Assembly: GCA_963749075.1 (NCBI GenBank)
Contig: CAVVLJ010000016.1
Coordinates: 864,001 to 928,000, forward strand
From: an uncultured Pseudomonadota bacterium
GTDB taxonomy: Bacteria; Pseudomonadota; Alphaproteobacteria; JACZXZ01
Direction of reading: 5' to 3'
Length of the DNA: 64,000 bases
The first letter of the stretch is position 1; every line of letters begins with the position of its first letter. The position numbers and the translations under genes are program-made. A model generated the notes under the pieces. It saw only the letters and a program-made list of their open reading frames with translations. It ran no database searches and was not told the origin of the DNA. Shown here piece after piece: positions 60,735-64,000 of this stretch.

Positions 60735-61871
60735 ATGGCGCTGCCCGACGTCATCGTCATCGGCGGCGGGCTGCACGGCTGCTCGACCGCCGTCCACCTG
60801 GCGCGCCGCGGCGTCAAGGTGACGCTGCTCGAGAAGGATCACGTTGGCCGCCACGCCTCGGGCGTCAATGCGGGCGGCGTGCGCCGGCTCGGCCGCCACC
60901 TCGCCGAGATCCCGCTTTCGCTTGCCGCCATGGAGCTGTGGCACGGCATCCGCGATCTCGTCGACGACGACTGCGGCTTCGAGAGCCATGGCCAGGTGAA
61001 GGTCGCGGAGAGCGAGGGGGAGCTCGCCACGCTCAACCGACGCGTGGCGCAACTGAGGGAGCTCGGCTACAGCCACGAGGAGCTGGTGGATGCCGCCGAG
61101 CTGCGCGAGCTCTTGCCGGCGCTCTCGCAGCACTGCGTCGGCGGCATCGTCTGCCGGGCGGATGGTGCCGCCAATCCCTACCGCACCACCATGGCCTTCA
61201 AGCGCAAGGCCGAAAGCCTCGGCGCCGTGATCGTGGAGGGCAGCCGCGTGGTCGGCCTCGCGCGAGCCGGGACGCTCTGGCGGGTCGTAACCGCGGACGG
61301 CGGCCAGAGAGAGGCGCCGGCCGTGGTCAATTGCGCCGGCGCCTGGGCCGACCGCATTGCAGCGCTCCTCGGCGAGCCGGTGCCGCTCGAGGTATGGGCG
61401 CTCATGCTCATGATCAGCCAGCGCCTGCCGCCTTTCGTCAAGCCGGTGGTGGGGGCTGCCGGGCGCCCGCTCTCCTTCAAGCAGTTTGCCAACGGCACGG
61501 TGCTCATCGGCGGCGGCTACCGCGGACGGGCCGAGCGCGAGAGCAATGCGACCGAGCTCGACTTCGCCGGCCTCGCCGCGAGTGCGGCAACCGTAGCCGA
61601 GCTCTTTCCCGTCATGCGCGATGCCGGGATCGTGCGCGCCTGGGCCGGCATCGAGGCGCGCATGCCCGACGACATCCCGGTGATCGGCCCGAGCTCGACC
61701 TCGGAGAGCCTGTTTCACGCCTTCGGATTCTCTGGGCACGGCTTCCAGCTCGGTCCCATTGTGGGCGCCGTGATCGCCGAGCTCCTGACCACCGGGCGGA
61801 GCAATCTTCCCCTCGCGCCGTTTCAAATCGGCCGCTTCAAGGAAAACCAAGTTGTGACGAATTGTGGATAA
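60735..61871 (+). CDS. Second FAD-dependent DAO-family subunit (OoxB/SoxB-like)
   Basis: IGGGLHG, ASGVNAGGVR, GFSGHGFQLGP. Confidence 0.88.
   Translation: MALPDVIVIGGGLHGCSTAVHLARRGVKVTLLEKDHVGRHASGVNAGGVRRLGRHLAEIPLSLAAMELWHGIRDLVDDDCGFESHGQVKVAESEGELATLNRRVAQLRELGYSHEELVDAAELRELLPALSQHCVGGIVCRADGAANPYRTTMAFKRKAESLGAVIVEGSRVVGLARAGTLWRVVTADGGQREAPAVVNCAGAWADRIAALLGEPVPLEVWALMLMISQRLPPFVKPVVGAAGRPLSFKQFANGTVLIGGGYRGRAERESNATELDFAGLAASAATVAELFPVMRDAGIVRAWAGIEARMPDDIPVIGPSSTSESLFHAFGFSGHGFQLGPIVGAVIAELLTTGRSNLPLAPFQIGRFKENQVVTNCG
61863..61871 (-). promoter_or_regulatory. Consensus DnaA box upstream of the HU gene
   Basis: TGTGGATAA on + equals TTATCCACA on -; lies at the start of the AT-richer HU upstream region. 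Confidence 0.45.
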
Positions 61872-61958
61872 CATCGCCGGCGCCCTTGCCAAATCCAACG
61901 GGCGCGATTACAGGTCAATTGATTTACGCTCTCAAACCTTCAAGGGGGGTTAGGGGAC

Positions 61959-62234
61959 ATGAACCAGGCAGAGCTCATCGCGCAGATCGCGAAGAAGAAT
62001 AAGCTCAGCGCGCGCCAGGCCAAGGACGCGGTTCAAGCGGTGCTTGCGGCGGTAGAAACCGCTCTCGTCAAGGGCCAGTCGGTGCGCACGACGCTCGGCA
62101 CCTTCTCGATCTCCAAACGCGCGGCGCGCATGGGACGCAATCCCCAGACCGGAGCGCCGGTCCAGATCAAGGCCTCCAAGGGCGTGCGCTTCAAGGTCTC
62201 GCGTACGATCAAAGGCGCGCTCAACAAGCGCTGA
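61959..62234 (+). CDS. hup: HU family DNA-binding protein
   Basis: MNQAELIAQIA, GTFSISKRAARMGRNPQTG..VQIKA. Confidence 0.93.
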   Translation: MNQAELIAQIAKKNKLSARQAKDAVQAVLAAVETALVKGQSVRTTLGTFSISKRAARMGRNPQTGAPVQIKASKGVRFKVSRTIKGALNKR

Positions 62235-62438
62235 GCGGCGCCGCGGTCCGCCGGCTCCCGCAAGGGAGGGCGGCGCTCCGAGACCGTTCGCCTCGCCGAT
62301 CCGCTTCGCATCTGCGATCTAGCTCGGCGGCAGGGCTCCGATGCCTGCCGCCCGGAGCCTCCTGCACCTCTCCTGAGGCATGAGCGTCCGGGCGGGGCGC
62401 TTGCTTTGCCGGCCGCCTTCGACGGGGAGGACGCGATC

Positions 62439-63950
62439 ATGAGCGCGATCGTGAGTTCGGGGGGCGAAGCGCTTCATTTCGACGTGGTGGTGGTGGGCTC
62501 CGGCATCGCCGGCCTCGCCGCGGCCGTCTCGGCTTTGCAGGCCGGGGCGAAGACGGCGATCCTCGAGCGCGCGCCCAAGGAGGAGCGCGGCGGCAATACG
62601 CGTTGGACCGAGGCGATGCTGCGCATGCGAAGCGAGGACGCGGTGGCCGACGACTTCGAGAGCCATTTCGCGGCGAACTCCGGCCACTACCTCGACCCCA
62701 AGCTCGTCAATGAGGCGGCCGGCAGCTTCGAGAGCTGGTCCTCGATCGTGAAAGTGCTCGGCTTCACCGACCCCGAGGTCATCGCCACCTTCGCCGAGCG
62801 CGCCGGGGCCACGCTCGGCTGGCTCAAGGGCTTCGGCCTGCGCTTCGCTTTCCTGCCCGGCTATTTCATCACCACCTGCACGACGCGCATGGCGCCGGTG
62901 GGCGGCGGTCTGGCGCTCGTCGAGACGCTCGGCGACTGGGCCGAGAGGAACGGCGCCGCCGTGCATTACCGCACCACGGCACGGCGGCTCATCGAGGACG
63001 CCTCGGGCGCCGTGGTCGGGCTCGCGGCGGTCGGCCCCGGCAATCGGGCGCTCGAGTTCAGGGCACCTTCCGTCGTCCTCGCGAGCGGCGGCTTCGAGGG
63101 CAACCCGGAGATGCTGGTGCGCTACATGGGGCCGCGCGCCCGCTATCTCCGCCCGGTGGCGCGCGGCGGCTATTACAACAAGGGCGAGGGCATCCGTATG
63201 GCGCTCGACATCGGTGCCGCACCCTGCGGCGACTTCGGCAGCATCCACGCCGAGCCGCTCGACCCGCGCTCGGGCACGGGCGAGCCGATCGTGCTCGTCT
63301 TCAATTACGGCATCCTCGTCAACAAGCGGGGCGAGCGCTTCGTCGACGAGGCGCCGGCCACGGTCGACGCCACCTACGAGGCGATCACGCGCCTCATCAA
63401 CGAGCAGCCCGAGGGCATCGCCTACGCGATCCTCGACGGCAAGCTCGACGAGGTGCCGGGCTGGAAGCGCTCGGTGCGCTCGGACCAGCCGCCGATCGCG
63501 GCGGCGGCGCTCGCCGAGCTCGCCGCCAGGATCGGCGTGGCCGCCGAGCCGCTCGCGGCGACGGTCGCTGCCTATAACGCGGCGTGCCCGCCGGACGGTG
63601 CCTTCAAGCCGCTCGAGATCGACGGCCTCGCGACCCGCCCGGGCTACGCACCGCCGAAATCGAACTGGTCGCGGCCCATCGAGCGCGCCCCCTTCATGGC
63701 CTATCCGATCATCTGCGGCAATTGCTTCACCTTCGGCGGCGTCAAGGTGAACAGCAGGAGCCAGGTCCTCAACTGCGACGGCGAGGTCATCCCCGGCCTC
63801 TATGCCGCGGGCGAGACGATCGGGCTCTACTACGGCACCTACACCGGCGCCACCTCGGTGCTGCGCGGCGCCGTGTTCGGCCGCATCGCCGGCCTCGATG
63901 CCGCGGCAAGGGCGCGCGGTGCGGGCGGCCGGAGCTCGGCAGTCACCTGA
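62439..63950 (+). CDS. FAD-dependent TcuA/flavocytochrome-c-like (succinate DH/fumarate reductase flavoprotein family) oxidoreductase
   Basis: VVVGSGIAG, ERAP..ERGGN, LASGGFEGN, VNKRGERF.DE, FTFGGV, GLYAAGE, VFGRIAG. Confidence 0.85.
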   Translation: MSAIVSSGGEALHFDVVVVGSGIAGLAAAVSALQAGAKTAILERAPKEERGGNTRWTEAMLRMRSEDAVADDFESHFAANSGHYLDPKLVNEAAGSFESWSSIVKVLGFTDPEVIATFAERAGATLGWLKGFGLRFAFLPGYFITTCTTRMAPVGGGLALVETLGDWAERNGAAVHYRTTARRLIEDASGAVVGLAAVGPGNRALEFRAPSVVLASGGFEGNPEMLVRYMGPRARYLRPVARGGYYNKGEGIRMALDIGAAPCGDFGSIHAEPLDPRSGTGEPIVLVFNYGILVNKRGERFVDEAPATVDATYEAITRLINEQPEGIAYAILDGKLDEVPGWKRSVRSDQPPIAAAALAELAARIGVAAEPLAATVAAYNAACPPDGAFKPLEIDGLATRPGYAPPKSNWSRPIERAPFMAYPIICGNCFTFGGVKVNSRSQVLNCDGEVIPGLYAAGETIGLYYGTYTGATSVLRGAVFGRIAGLDAAARARGAGGRSSAVT

Positions 63951-64000
63951 AATGCACGGACGCCGCCGGCCGTTTACGCTCCCGGCAACTCGCCGTCTGC

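Overview
High-GC (~70% by eye) bacterial DNA whose gene content and style point to an alphaproteobacterium, probably Rhodospirillales-like (inference). Most of the window is catabolic and transport genes: acyl-CoA dehydrogenases and ligases, crotonases, a CoA transferase, several ABC importer loci, an MFS transporter, an amidase, a CoxL-like Mo-enzyme and an OdhB-C-A-B flavin opine/imino-acid dehydrogenase cluster. It also has ccmFGHI, a vapBC TA pair and an HU gene. I saw no rRNA, tRNA or CRISPR array. The best candidate for an undescribed system is the three-gene operon at 13310-18355: an atypical metallophosphoesterase, a cholesterol-oxidase-like GMC flavoenzyme, and an alpha/beta-hydrolase with a Cys nucleophile and an unassigned N-terminal domain. 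Second is an inserted cassette at ~3.6-6.3 kb: a cytoplasmic Lcp/MpaB-type oxygenase and a TetR/CecR regulator with twin operators. An IS630 scar lies at its left end, and at its right end is a diverged 60-bp duplicate of a segment of the neighbouring ligase gene. Features the ORF track misses: a collapsed ParDE-like TA remnant, a modular REP-like palindrome family, a sigma54 promoter, a DnaA box upstream of HU, and five small frameshifts that are probably assembly errors. All calls come from motif reading only; no database searches were run.
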